In this document: positions 49,701-56,584 of the stretch, one piece after another
Layout: the number at the start of each line of letters is the position of its first letter
How positions within the stretch are numbered: the stretch's first letter is position 1
IMG/VR virus record: IMGVR_UViG_3300044624_001054
Span: 42,616 to 106,615 of that record
DNA: 64,000 nucleotides
From: a virus
Direction: 5' to 3' (one strand)
Made by a program: the position numbers and the translations under genes
Notes under the pieces: model-generated
The model's input: only the letters and a program-made list of their open reading frames with translations
Told to the model about the DNA's origin: nothing
Database searches by the model: none

Positions 49701-52363
49701 ACAAATGCTGCCCCAACGTCAGTAACAACATTTCCATAAAGATTATCTGGCTGAAGGTCTTTATCCCTTCTCATAATAGATGCAATAGATTGATTGAAGA
49801 AATTATCTTTATCTATGACTCCTGTGCTAGAAGCAAATTTTGCATCATACGGTGATCGTACTGCAAATACAATATCTCCTGTAACAGGATGCTTAATTTT
49901 TACAAGTTCTTGTATTGGGGTCTTAAGCCCAAAGATATCTCTTGTCAATTGTGAGCCACGAATTTCAGCAAGCGCTGAATCTGCTGAGTCATGAGTCTTA
50001 ATTACATATTGTTTTCCACCTTGCTCATACACTCCATTAATACCAGGAATGGCAGAACTTTTACCACCAATAGAGGATACTCTTTTACCCATATCAGAAA
50101 CGGGCAGGCTAGCAAATCTTCCTGTTGTTGCTTCTTGATTTACTCTGCTTAGGGTTCCTCTTAATTCTTTTGCTCTCTGTACGTCTTGATATTTTCTTGC
50201 CATTCCAAGGAAGACTGCACCTACTGAAAATCCTGGCAATTGACCTTTATTCATGGCAGAAATTACTGGCCAATATTTAGCGGTAGCCTCCTTAGTAACA
50301 ACTGATTCTCCTGGTTCTAGTAAGGCGGGAATTATATCTCCACCACCATATCCACCAGGAACACGCTCTGGAGATGTAGATCCCTTCTGTCTTCTTATTG
50401 GAACTTGTCCCCGTGGGCCAGGAATGGCCCCAGGAACAAATAATGCTGGGTTAGCAGTAGTTAATCTTCTAAGAGATGCTTCATAGGAAGAAAGAACTCC
50501 TGTAAGTCTAAGGAGAGCCTTTTCCTGAGTATCAAATGATGTTGTAAGTCTGTCTACACCAAGTTTTGCAGCCATAATATCTGCAGTAAGTAATTCGAAC
50601 TTTTCTGTTTTAATTCCTGCGATTCTTACGCCGATCCTAGTCAGCATCAAGCCAAATTTAAGGCCATTAGCAAAAAGGTTTCCAAACAGGCCCACCAACA
50701 TAATTATTGGACCAGCCAACGCTGCAATGGCTACACTATACTTAGCAAAATCCTTTACTGGCCCAGGGAGTGCTTGGAAGAATGATGTAAACATTTTTAC
50801 ACCCTTACCAATAAATTCAAATATTGGAATAAGTGTTTCAGTAAGTACCTCGCCTATTGGCATTATTGAATTTTTTAATTCCTCTAATGTTCTTTGGAAT
50901 TTGACAGCAGTTGATTCAGTTAGTGTTCTAATTTCTCCATTAGCAATGGCTGCTAACTCAGCAGAACTCTTAGATGCAAGTTCTACAACTTGTTGTGTCT
51001 GAGATCCAGCCCTACCAATATTATCAAACAGGGCTGTAATTCTTGCAAACTGATATTTACCAAATATTTGCTCAATGATACGGGATCTTGAAAAACTGTC
51101 TAGACCCGCTAAAGCATCTTTCATTGCATAAATAGTGGGCATTAGTTGTCCGCGATTTGCTTCTACTATCCCAACAAGATCTACCCCAAAACCTTTAGCA
51201 ACTGCAGAGGCTTGTTTTGTTGGATTAATGAGTGATGCAAGACCAGATTTTAATGCATTGGCTGCTTCTGCCGCTGGAATGCCACCTTCACGCATAGCAA
51301 CAAGAAGTTCTGCAAGGTCTCTAATGTCTCCACCTAGACTTCTAACAACTGGACCAACCTTAGGGATAGCAGTAGATAAATCTTGTAGAGTGGCAGATGT
51401 TGAATTTTCTACAGCATTCAAGAAGTTGATTGATTCTGCTAATTCGTTAGTATTAAGTCTAAACGCTGACTGTAGGGCTAAAGTTGCCTTCATAGCCTCT
51501 TGTCTATCTACTTCACCGAGTACAGCCAATCTTGTAGTTTGTTGAACAGCCCCCATTAACTGCTCGCCTTCTTGACCTGTAGCAGCAATGTCTGCGGCTA
51601 GAGCAGCAGTTTCTTTAGCAGCAATACCATATGTTCTTGAAATTTCATATGCTAATTCTTTAACATCATCCCTCATTCTTGCGGTAGCAGCACTCATTGA
51701 TCCGCCTAACTCTGATCCGTATACTTTTTGGAACCTAGTTAATTCTTTATCAAGATCTCTAAACTGTTTAGACGCGACGGCGGTAAAAAGCATCAAGGGT
51801 ACTGTGAAGCCAACCATCAATTGACGACCAGCCCATTGGGTATTCTTACCCCAGTTAAGCATTGCAGTTGCGCCGCCATTCACCAGTTGATTAAATACTG
51901 AGAATCTTTGTGATGCTAGTGCAGCAGCATTACTTGCTGCATTAATATTCTGAGGCGTCATCATCATTGCCTGTCCGCCGCCAACGGGTACAGCGATGGA
52001 CTGTTGATATCTTACTTGCTGTTCAGCAAGCCTACGCATCAAACTATTTTCACGAGTATACCCAGTAATCGCCTCGCGGAAATACTGACGCATAGTAAGG
52101 CGATTTGCAGCAAGTTGCCTGCCAAAAGTTTCTACAGCGCTTGTTGCTTTAATAGTTGAAGTTGTAAATCCGCCAGTCTGCCCTACTCCTGCCGCAAATG
52201 TTGCAGCAAGACTTCTTTGGGCAGTAAGGGCGGATTTATCAAGAGTGTTAAAGGCAGCAGTTAAAGCGCCAATCTGAGTGGTGAGGGCTTTGATCTGTGC
52301 CTGGGCAGCAGAAAGATTTGCGTTATAAGTAATAGTAGAGTGAATGTTAGCCAAATTCAACAC
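40793..52363 (-). CDS. tape measure protein (3856 aa) with multiple inserted domains
   Basis: TP901-type core (LNAVEN..AIPKVGP..LKSGLASL), coiled coils, position after the frameshifted chaperones. Confidence 0.93.
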   Translation of the reverse strand: MLNLANIHSTITYNANLSAAQAQIKALTTQIGALTAAFNTLDKSALTAQRSLAATFAAGVGQTGGFTTSTIKATSAVETFGRQLAANRLTMRQYFREAITGYTRENSLMRRLAEQQVRYQQSIAVPVGGGQAMMMTPQNINAASNAAALASQRFSVFNQLVNGGATAMLNWGKNTQWAGRQLMVGFTVPLMLFTAVASKQFRDLDKELTRFQKVYGSELGGSMSAATARMRDDVKELAYEISRTYGIAAKETAALAADIAATGQEGEQLMGAVQQTTRLAVLGEVDRQEAMKATLALQSAFRLNTNELAESINFLNAVENSTSATLQDLSTAIPKVGPVVRSLGGDIRDLAELLVAMREGGIPAAEAANALKSGLASLINPTKQASAVAKGFGVDLVGIVEANRGQLMPTIYAMKDALAGLDSFSRSRIIEQIFGKYQFARITALFDNIGRAGSQTQQVVELASKSSAELAAIANGEIRTLTESTAVKFQRTLEELKNSIMPIGEVLTETLIPIFEFIGKGVKMFTSFFQALPGPVKDFAKYSVAIAALAGPIIMLVGLFGNLFANGLKFGLMLTRIGVRIAGIKTEKFELLTADIMAAKLGVDRLTTSFDTQEKALLRLTGVLSSYEASLRRLTTANPALFVPGAIPGPRGQVPIRRQKGSTSPERVPGGYGGGDIIPALLEPGESVVTKEATAKYWPVISAMNKGQLPGFSVGAVFLGMARKYQDVQRAKELRGTLSRVNQEATTGRFASLPVSDMGKRVSSIGGKSSAIPGINGVYEQGGKQYVIKTHDSADSALAEIRGSQLTRDIFGLKTPIQELVKIKHPVTGDIVFAVRSPYDAKFASSTGVIDKDNFFNQSIASIMRRDKDLQPDNLYGNVVTDVGAAFVANKASQPRVIGGPLPSVQEQAEINFLMKKGGARKWFAEESAVLAKSMTEKEYVEGFKNAIAQASVKVRGAIDKLPYLDKTERQMYMRLVQDLKDAEKIDWAAVYRFHKDIAPEVKKPPTAAAIAKKEAAEVEKNRQTGDMAPWQYGLPLTFNKGGSVPGSGRGDKIPAMLEPGEFVVNRAATQKYAPVLMEMNRGTLPGFQKGTPEDEKWLQRYSAAVEGTGKGRASVRARRKDGEYVRSRPASVSKAFGNLSPGEARGHLIGSGGFMKNLRLDSQAIAWHPQLWKTILDSENQMANLFGLSSSLRGKLEAALKETGANAKTIDRIMTSLTGGIMIHTKDMNAYEKALEVLATKKGFSAETRAILDRTLLDARTTGLTGATTPDLRAAQRVQLQQYGAIERRLQADPGNEILLKARQKLATQIIALEEYFVKLGVSASEIPTKVLNSVKKYSKQASPSLEADRVGKNLSDGFIQGASKVDGRPAGKELGNEIVSGTRSVSGAMGPLGSLRAIGPGAESLGPATRIREAMHHEAAARSVVTKALQKEVIVQGMITDSQLRTDAIQKQGNITLANWIKSLETGLWVHKDGAVAGKKRTETLEALAKEEAHRLALEKKLSGIVTIRQRAEERAAETARIKASSDEALSRANVARAASSFGVGPSGSMGYFMGGVSPYSAVSEKSSRFGNMTLDERKQLAAARRESYLLQRGTAPTTGPSVAIGNAKDAAQSGMRGMNAMNAMFALSMVTSSISMMGGASSDAAAKLGLFTTALMTATMMMNMGLGKGTFTNFLGMKSLGGKMAGSAAAGRAAQMGGAMAAARGGQMGGAALLGAGRLLSVAGGPVGIAAGISITAAITGFMMYRNAAEEARQRAIAAFNDPVKSAEYFGETIMSVSDILEKNRLSNVSEDLQEIDKALREAVSQDYAPLIEQIKSLSAGAGAQELSIAYSNMIISGMSAENAKAAIEAIAAEAGLAGGKAFTEAVGQGLLDESLTIKDAVNNVVGQFSPAETQIGNSGLTILQTLEKERAALEEERRKILSGETRAEQNRIGPAGPTETPDGPGYVPIAPTSREEENRLKAIGDELDAIGNRIEDLLTVNPEMLSGVIDSLVMAYQQDPTAAIEGFEKLTEIINNLEDPDDRTAAIGRLSDYLRDTYGAEWETVLQTIDTAEETVVATQMAIAGISLDKAINDAGEFDIALGRAAVSAKSLADATKLLRIEAEESYFGMIDQFAQEQRDAANLRFENYSDAMDERIELYEGLKESAQDAFEVEQEGRQNSIEGMQEEMDVRRRDFDEQMQQLDDRREAIEKSSDAYIESLEKNQKAESFYAQQRKTAFGALEKLASGDVFGFLQEREQMSADAQEFSYDEMISGIEERRDLELEAIDEIREQKQKEQDEYEQMMEDRIKGVQDLMEIEQDAHDDRMEFYDKQIERANTARENALEDKDQEIEGIKTMEQDYRDNAKAAEERYSKDYAELKSKPYVEARKEMLRLRIEEIYYRGGVTLGEAVRQAGALAAPRGPKGVPMGVEAVLQDLGLRGDPTWMYNSENVGDTGVGDTAQQVRDMTVTADSVTINGDVGGTTKDTDGDGVTDDYDAAALDPNRAATGGYIQNGRVMLEGGGKVTGPGGPKSDVIPAYLSNGEYVIQASSVSKYGKDMMDNINAGKFAYGGYISADREEYQASQRPTYYGGTPTSITGYNKPPPTYFGGTPTSSTGYNKPKARRRDLINLESIGYNPEDPTGVKGLVNVLRTAGATIFDSFFAPFRVPARAFGIDTQDTTALGRFIGGQSYVESDALTRGLIAMGVFPFGARGGIPRADRARLSEAKDKLFRSGPGTKENTNRFTLRDDPNFVDIKDFPTKYPEGFAKEWSSWSTSERQSWMLQYGAPPMATADEVAWASRNQNPFFKPGERTAPNPFDNPPPPGFVPPRNSGPRYEPPPRRQPPPRREPPPRNEPPPRREPPPRPSRDQFTGPTLKTGAAANPTKAARISALLQKAFHPSTPKPEAELAYRKASEMAEKYGYNIPSFANGGFVRGFYAGGYVSADRAETAAAGNKYLGGVKVKPQYTGGTPMSATGYSGASQQAYGNVYGKKRLRREQNSPYTRGGYMQPGAGGGGRAGSGFNLMFQGIKNSIDQQGIFSTLGSMASSIAADPASLLPFYGLSSIDQSNQQGKDIASAAALMEILGVIPGVGIGFKGASLLGRSASRRAATSSVMQPLQSGLIPPKPIAISQITSDLRFSLGMGAPRILPPSSKPTAAVPSRDMLLLEWVKGMAVDENQLDNVFGTSVPNSQGGISPGGLVIGKDGVRRYVKGPYDSESGAKSVYLESLIANAYKALNMNVPDVNLLNIGAKERYFPGKNLTPELAAMGLNYFPPGELVTSSTMLDNVKHVSEFFGKNPNRDWADGLTFVESQLDSSMQSRLAREGGIGKAVDTLFGLRDSHIHNYVIKEDESIPLGVPGRLIPYRIDFGSNVFQTHDGRPIPNDPTDPLKILDPRHGSSFGFGKVTGSVYKQQVLRLEEMLGDAGGIGGLIDPIVAKFALQAPQHRLVNPKFLKFVLSERLKAMVEGVRGYANGGLVQKFADGGEALTLPNRGLRGKLSLINRNDPNAPANGGFLPGVGTTGVATAARPTTTTIGAQGGPNNWPHSGFQSATGKIPGTNMSLTMNKDVLPLFLAFASDYNRLIRPISYIGGLEGRDEPGKSNHPSGTAVDINAPDEGVYFGWSWVSDDEKRAVTDWWKGKRSPLAPWKSYSPEPYKTMNALMNKYKVLQWFGPTSLGGFITDHYGNADWMHTQISQSRSVSPSQVAQTIASLGINPDGTFNRPNTYAAGGFISGPGGPRSDMIPAMLSNGEYVVKASSVAKYGKGFMDQINSGSLNPFQGSSMQPRMFADGGMVGSAPMPAFSMPAMADTSVGVNNTNYAGNSSSTRNNTKVKVVINGAGGKGANAIANKVISMINSANNRRNHSRSI
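43815..43905 (-). repeat. five 18-nt degenerate tandem repeats encoding Rx(E/Q)PPP
   Basis: RYEPPP RRQPPP RREPPP RNEPPP RREPPP within the TMP. Confidence 0.8.
44545..44650 (-). repeat. 54-nt tandem duplication in the TMP
   Basis: PTYYGGTPTSITGYNKP / PTYFGGTPTSSTGYNKP; a third, diverged copy near 43470-43512. Confidence 0.8.
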
Positions 52364-52736
52364 CCTCTGCTAACTCATATATAACGCCCATATCTGGGGT
52401 AAACCCTTGTTCAATTGCTCCAGCCATGTTTGTATCACCAGTCAGCCTAGCGACTGCTCTAGCCTGAATTTCTTCTACACTAGGAATTCGGGCTTCCTCC
52501 TTCGGTTCTTCAGAATTTTCGTCAATGTCTATGCCCTGAAGAGCGGCCATAAACTTCTGCTTTCTTCTTTCCGCTTCATAAATTGCTTTTAATGTAGCGG
52601 CAAGTTCTGGCATAGATAGCGACGATTCAAGTTCTTCGTAGTCTTTCCAATGTCCTAGTAGAAAGACTTCTCCGAGCATGGAGGCTAGGTCTAGATCCTC
52701 CCAGCGAGTTCCTGAGCCGTCGCTACTAGGTTTGGG
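52347..52736 (-). CDS. tail assembly chaperone, -1 frameshift extension (gpT-like)
   Basis: Frame is open from the slip site: KPSSDGSGTRWEDLDLASMLGEVFLLG... Confidence 0.8.
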   Translation of the reverse strand, partial: PKPSSDGSGTRWEDLDLASMLGEVFLLGHWKDYEELESSLSMPELAATLKAIYEAERRKQKFMAALQGIDIDENSEEPKEEARIPSVEEIQARAVARLTGDTNMAGAIEQGFTPDMGVIYELAEGVEFG

Positions 52737-53026
52737 TCATTCAACTTGATATCGGCGGCAACCTCAAGAATCTTATACATTGTCTGAAGGTCTACTGCTT
52801 CTTCAAGTTCTTCCGTAGTCTCTGCCAAGTCTGGAGCAAATTGGCGGAAAGCAATGGATGTGCATTTAATAAGAACATCAAGGAACTCGTCCTCGTTCTG
52901 AACTTCTGAGGCCTTCTGCCATTCCTTCATAACCTCACGGAGGTTTTTAAGATTAAGGGGCTTGACAGTAATTGTTCTGCCGTCTAGAAGTTCTAGTTCT
53001 ACTGTTTCGTATACTTTGGTTGCCAT
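52691..53026 (-). CDS. tail assembly chaperone (gpG-like)
   Basis: Between the tail tube and TMP genes; contains the slippery site. Confidence 0.85.
   Translation of the reverse strand: MATKVYETVELELLDGRTITVKPLNLKNLREVMKEWQKASEVQNEDEFLDVLIKCTSIAFRQFAPDLAETTEELEEAVDLQTMYKILEVAADIKLNDPNLVATAQELAGRI
52730..52736 (-). other. programmed -1 frameshift slippery site C CCA AAC
   Basis: X XXY YYZ heptamer correctly phased in the gpG frame; -1 frame has TGA just before it and joins the 52347..52679 ORF. Confidence 0.8.
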
Positions 53027-53074
53027 TAGATATCCTTTCGTTGTTTAGCAATATTATACCGTATAAATGATAAA

Positions 53075-53095
53075 GACGCAGCGTTTTGCTGCGTC
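53075..53095 (-). terminator. hairpin terminator after the major tail gene
   Basis: GACGCAGC-AAAAC-GCTGCGTC followed by TTTAT. Confidence 0.65.
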
Positions 53096-53119
53096 CCTAT
53101 CATAAACTGTGTTGAATTA

Positions 53120-53878
53120 TTAGAAGATACGGTCAACAATCTTGCCGTATGCAGCGTTGCCGTCAGGAGCCTCGTTAGAGGTAGATGGAAGAACGCGGAA
53201 GTTAACAGGGAATACTGTGGCATCGTCACGACGAACGCCAACACCAACTGCTTCAACAGAAACAGCGCGGTAAACCGTGTAGATTCTTTCTGCTCTCTTG
53301 TTTGCACCACCTGATTCAGCAACTGAGGTGGGTGCAGAACCAACGAAACACATGGAACGCTCCACGGGAGCAATACCAAGTGAACCACCATTAAGATGAA
53401 GTAGATTCTGAACCTGTGCATTAGCGGAACCACTAACGAAAACTGCACTAGCACCTGCTGCACCTAGGGCGCTTGCAGAGCCGTCTGCTGCGGTAATCTG
53501 GTTATATGATGCGCCTGCGGAAGCAGTTTGGTAGTCAGTTGCAGCACCACCAATAGCAATATAAAGATTTTCTAGCGTAGCCTCTGTAAGTGATGTAGCG
53601 ACAGTAACTCTTTGTTGAGTCTTGAACAGTCTTGCTGTGTCAAGCAACTGATCAACCATAACGTCGTTGAAGGTTGGTTCAATGTTGAGCGTAACGCCTT
53701 CCATTGTATAACCTAGGTGGTACCATTCACCGTCAGTAACTGTAGTAACGTTACCTGGATCTTGTGCGGTTGCAGTAGCAGATGAAACATTGATTCTGTT
53801 ATTCTCTACACCGTTCTTGCCGACATATACGGTTGCTGCGCCTGTAATAATATTCTTTGCATTAAAGTCTCTGGCCAT
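53120..53878 (-). CDS. major tail tube protein
   Basis: NIITGAA, LGYTMEGV, VDQLLD, T.LTEATLENL, FPVNFRVLP; AAGGAGGTG SD. Confidence 0.85.
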   Translation of the reverse strand: MARDFNAKNIITGAATVYVGKNGVENNRINVSSATATAQDPGNVTTVTDGEWYHLGYTMEGVTLNIEPTFNDVMVDQLLDTARLFKTQQRVTVATSLTEATLENLYIAIGGAATDYQTASAGASYNQITAADGSASALGAAGASAVFVSGSANAQVQNLLHLNGGSLGIAPVERSMCFVGSAPTSVAESGGANKRAERIYTVYRAVSVEAVGVGVRRDDATVFPVNFRVLPSTSNEAPDGNAAYGKIVDRIF

Positions 53879-53946
53879 TTATTTTTTCACCTCCTTGAAG
53901 CGATATTGTATTACGCTTCCTCATATATATATTATCATATCTATGT

Positions 53947-54441
53947 TTATTTAGTATATTCATAAGTTAGTTTAAGACATGTGATGAACTTGGGGGCAAA
54001 ACTGCCAATTCTTTTTTCTTCCGCAATATAGTTTTCTTGGTCTACCGTTATGTATTTAAAATTAGTAGATACTGAAGCGGTAAGAAGATGGTTATTTACT
54101 TCCCGCGCACTCTCATCAAATTTTTGTAGAGCCTCAGTTATGTAGTTTTTTATGTAATATATTTGAGGTAAATCCCCAACAATAATATAATCTGCCTCTT
54201 CTTTTTCCATAGGCCAAAAAGTTCCTGGTTTTGGTAAAAATATGTAATCATAGAGGATGTACGGGATAGGCCCAGAATCAGGAGCGAGATTTTCACTTAC
54301 TGGATAGAATGGAGTGAAGGTATATGATGCTGTATTCCATACAGCACTTGCTATAGTAGGTTGACCCGCAACATTTCCACGGGCAAGATCCCACAAATAA
54401 TTATTAATAAGAACTATTGGAAGTTCTGTGTAACTAGGCAT
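53947..54441 (-). CDS. putative tail terminator protein
   Basis: Position just before the tail tube gene; PYILYD motif. Confidence 0.6.
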   Translation of the reverse strand: MPSYTELPIVLINNYLWDLARGNVAGQPTIASAVWNTASYTFTPFYPVSENLAPDSGPIPYILYDYIFLPKPGTFWPMEKEEADYIIVGDLPQIYYIKNYITEALQKFDESAREVNNHLLTASVSTNFKYITVDQENYIAEEKRIGSFAPKFITCLKLTYEYTK

Positions 54442-55138
54442 AGAATGCTCCCAAGCCTCCAGTTATTTGATCTGCATCTATTTTAGCACGACGCGCTGCC
54501 TCTGCAACAAGTCCAGAGTTTATCCTAGGAATCATAAGTTTCCTTTTGGCAATCATAGCCCCTTCAATTCTTTGAAAATATCTTGACTTAGTTAATACTG
54601 CATATGCTTGAGATACCATAAATCTATTCAATGTCGTTGTAAAACTATTAGCCACCCCAGGTCCACCAGGATTATTGACAACCACTTGTTTGCTTTTAAC
54701 AAATTTTCCATCCTCAAGCATGAACTGTAGATACTCCGATTTTTTAGGAGTGATGGTAATCGGGTTTCCAGCCTCCATGACCTCTGCTTTATTGGGGAAG
54801 GGATATCCTTCTCTATTAGGTCTTTTAGCGCTGGTAAATGAATAAGTTATTGTAGCACTTCCATCTGGCGTGCTATTAATATCTGCTTTAAATAACCTAG
54901 AAGATCTATCTCCAACACTATCAAACTCGTAAACGTGATGATACGACTGAGAATTCTGCTTGGATCTTGCATCCATATATTCGTCAAAATAGTTCTTTAT
55001 AAGAATGGCCGCGCCGCGATTAATTTTCTGAGCATTCAAAGGATTCAGGTATAGGTCTGTTAAAACTGTGTTGTCATAGACAGATAGGGCCATAACTTTT
55101 TCAGCAAATTTATCTGTGTTAAAAACTTTTAACGCCAT
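54434..55138 (-). CDS. putative neck / tail completion protein
   Basis: Synteny; HHVYEF..RLF..KAEVME.G..V.NPGG. Confidence 0.6.
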   Translation of the reverse strand: MALKVFNTDKFAEKVMALSVYDNTVLTDLYLNPLNAQKINRGAAILIKNYFDEYMDARSKQNSQSYHHVYEFDSVGDRSSRLFKADINSTPDGSATITYSFTSAKRPNREGYPFPNKAEVMEAGNPITITPKKSEYLQFMLEDGKFVKSKQVVVNNPGGPGVANSFTTTLNRFMVSQAYAVLTKSRYFQRIEGAMIAKRKLMIPRINSGLVAEAARRAKIDADQITGGLGAFYA

Positions 55139-55581
55139 TAAGAAACATCCAGGCGTTGAATTTCTTGCCTCATTAGAACGGTTTCATACTCTATTACTGA
55201 GCCGTCAAAATTGATTATTGGGGTGCTACCTCTTGGCTCAAAGATGGTTGCTCCACCTACGCCGCCAGCAGAAGATGGGTCTTGTCCTTCTTTATAAACA
55301 GTTTCATAATCGTTTCTGATGTTTACGATTCTTTTATCTGCTGGAATAATTTTATTAGTTCTTACCTTGACCATAGAATTAAGAATATTTACATAATTAT
55401 TAATTTCAAATGCTGTTGAGTTTTCACCTACACCCTTACGCAGAATACCTCTGGCATAACAGTCTATAGTTTCTTCCTTGACCCAAGTTCTTATTACTTC
55501 ACCCGCCGCGCCCTGAGTAACAGAAGCAGAATAAATATCGGCTTTCATTGTATAGGCTGTTGAACTAATACACCCAGACAT
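55138..55581 (-). CDS. head closure / stopper protein
   Basis: MKADIY..Q...G...W..I.C.AR pattern; synteny. Confidence 0.65.
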   Translation of the reverse strand: MSGCISSTAYTMKADIYSASVTQGAAGEVIRTWVKEETIDCYARGILRKGVGENSTAFEINNYVNILNSMVKVRTNKIIPADKRIVNIRNDYETVYKEGQDPSSAGGVGGATIFEPRGSTPIINFDGSVIEYETVLMRQEIQRLDVS

Positions 55582-56486
55582 TAAATCACCAAATATCTAG
55601 GCTCTTTATAATGAGCAATAAGGTTGTCTACAGCAAGGTTTCCTGTGCCTGTGGCGAAATCTGAGCCATATTTAATATCATATGAGTCGTTGGATAGTTC
55701 TGCAATATTTTTGTTTCTAATATTGAAATCATTGCATAAATAATCTTCTACTAGTAATGCCGTCGCTTGCTCAATATCGGCTGGAATATAGTCCCAGCCC
55801 CATATCCCATCTATTCTGTAGGCATGATCTTTTTTGAATACACCTTGATAATAGAATACTGAAAATATAGGTGATTCTGCCGTGTCTTTACTCTTAGATG
55901 AAGTATTAACAATCTTAATTCTATTTTTTGAGTCGGCAATTTCTATTGGATATTCTAATTGAACGTCTGAATTATCTCTTTCATACACTAGTAAATCGTC
56001 TTCATAAATTTTATCTATTCTATATAGATTTTCTGGAAGAGTAAGAACGTCTGTGTTATTGCCGTATACAGTTAGATCTTTCTTAAGTTTATAAAAACTA
56101 TGTCCAATAAATGCGTTAAGGCTGAGTCGTGCCCTACGTTCTAATTTAAGTAATGTAGATGATGCTGTATTAGGAGGAATAGTAGCCAGAGACTCAATTC
56201 TACTTACTGACGCATAAGGTCTTATCAAGGAAATATTTTGTATTTCATTGTAGGCATTGGCAGAACTTGTTGTGATTATTTCTAATTTGATATTTCTATC
56301 GTATGATGTTGAGTCTGCTGTAAAAGTAATTGAATATATAGAGGACCCGCTAGTTGTTGCCGCCCCGCTTTGGATAAACTCTTCTGTATCCAGGTCATAG
56401 GCCTCAAAATACACATTAGTAGCGTATGAACTCGCCGTATAGGATATTGTTAACGGAGAGTTATCTTTTCTTAAATATTCAAGCAT
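55581..56486 (-). CDS. head-to-tail adaptor
   Basis: RPY..AR..G.WGW..IP.DI.QA..TGN..VD; follows the capsid gene. Confidence 0.7.
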   Translation of the reverse strand: MLEYLRKDNSPLTISYTASSYATNVYFEAYDLDTEEFIQSGAATTSGSSIYSITFTADSTSYDRNIKLEIITTSSANAYNEIQNISLIRPYASVSRIESLATIPPNTASSTLLKLERRARLSLNAFIGHSFYKLKKDLTVYGNNTDVLTLPENLYRIDKIYEDDLLVYERDNSDVQLEYPIEIADSKNRIKIVNTSSKSKDTAESPIFSVFYYQGVFKKDHAYRIDGIWGWDYIPADIEQATALLVEDYLCNDFNIRNKNIAELSNDSYDIKYGSDFATGTGNLAVDNLIAHYKEPRYLVI

Positions 56487-56539
56487 TCAGCACCGCCATG
56501 ATTTAATTATTTATATTTTACTATATTTTGGAATATGGA

Positions 56540-56564
56540 AAGGGGGCCGCGTATGCGACCCCCT
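56540..56564 (-). terminator. terminator after the major capsid gene
   Basis: Minus strand AGGGGTCGC-ATAC-GCGGCCCCCT followed by TTCC. Confidence 0.65.
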
Positions 56565-56584
56565 AACCAAGAACTATTAAGTTA

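Noticed and set aside
44082-51824. Numerous plus-strand ORFs antisense to the TMP (and to dnaE, portal and protease)
   Set aside because: Shadow ORFs of codon-biased minus-strand genes, with no SD or domain signals.
53026-53463. 145-aa alternative-frame ORF overlapping the major tail gene (possible frameshift extension)
   Set aside because: No recognisable motifs, it crosses a terminator hairpin and promoter, and no convincing slip site was found.
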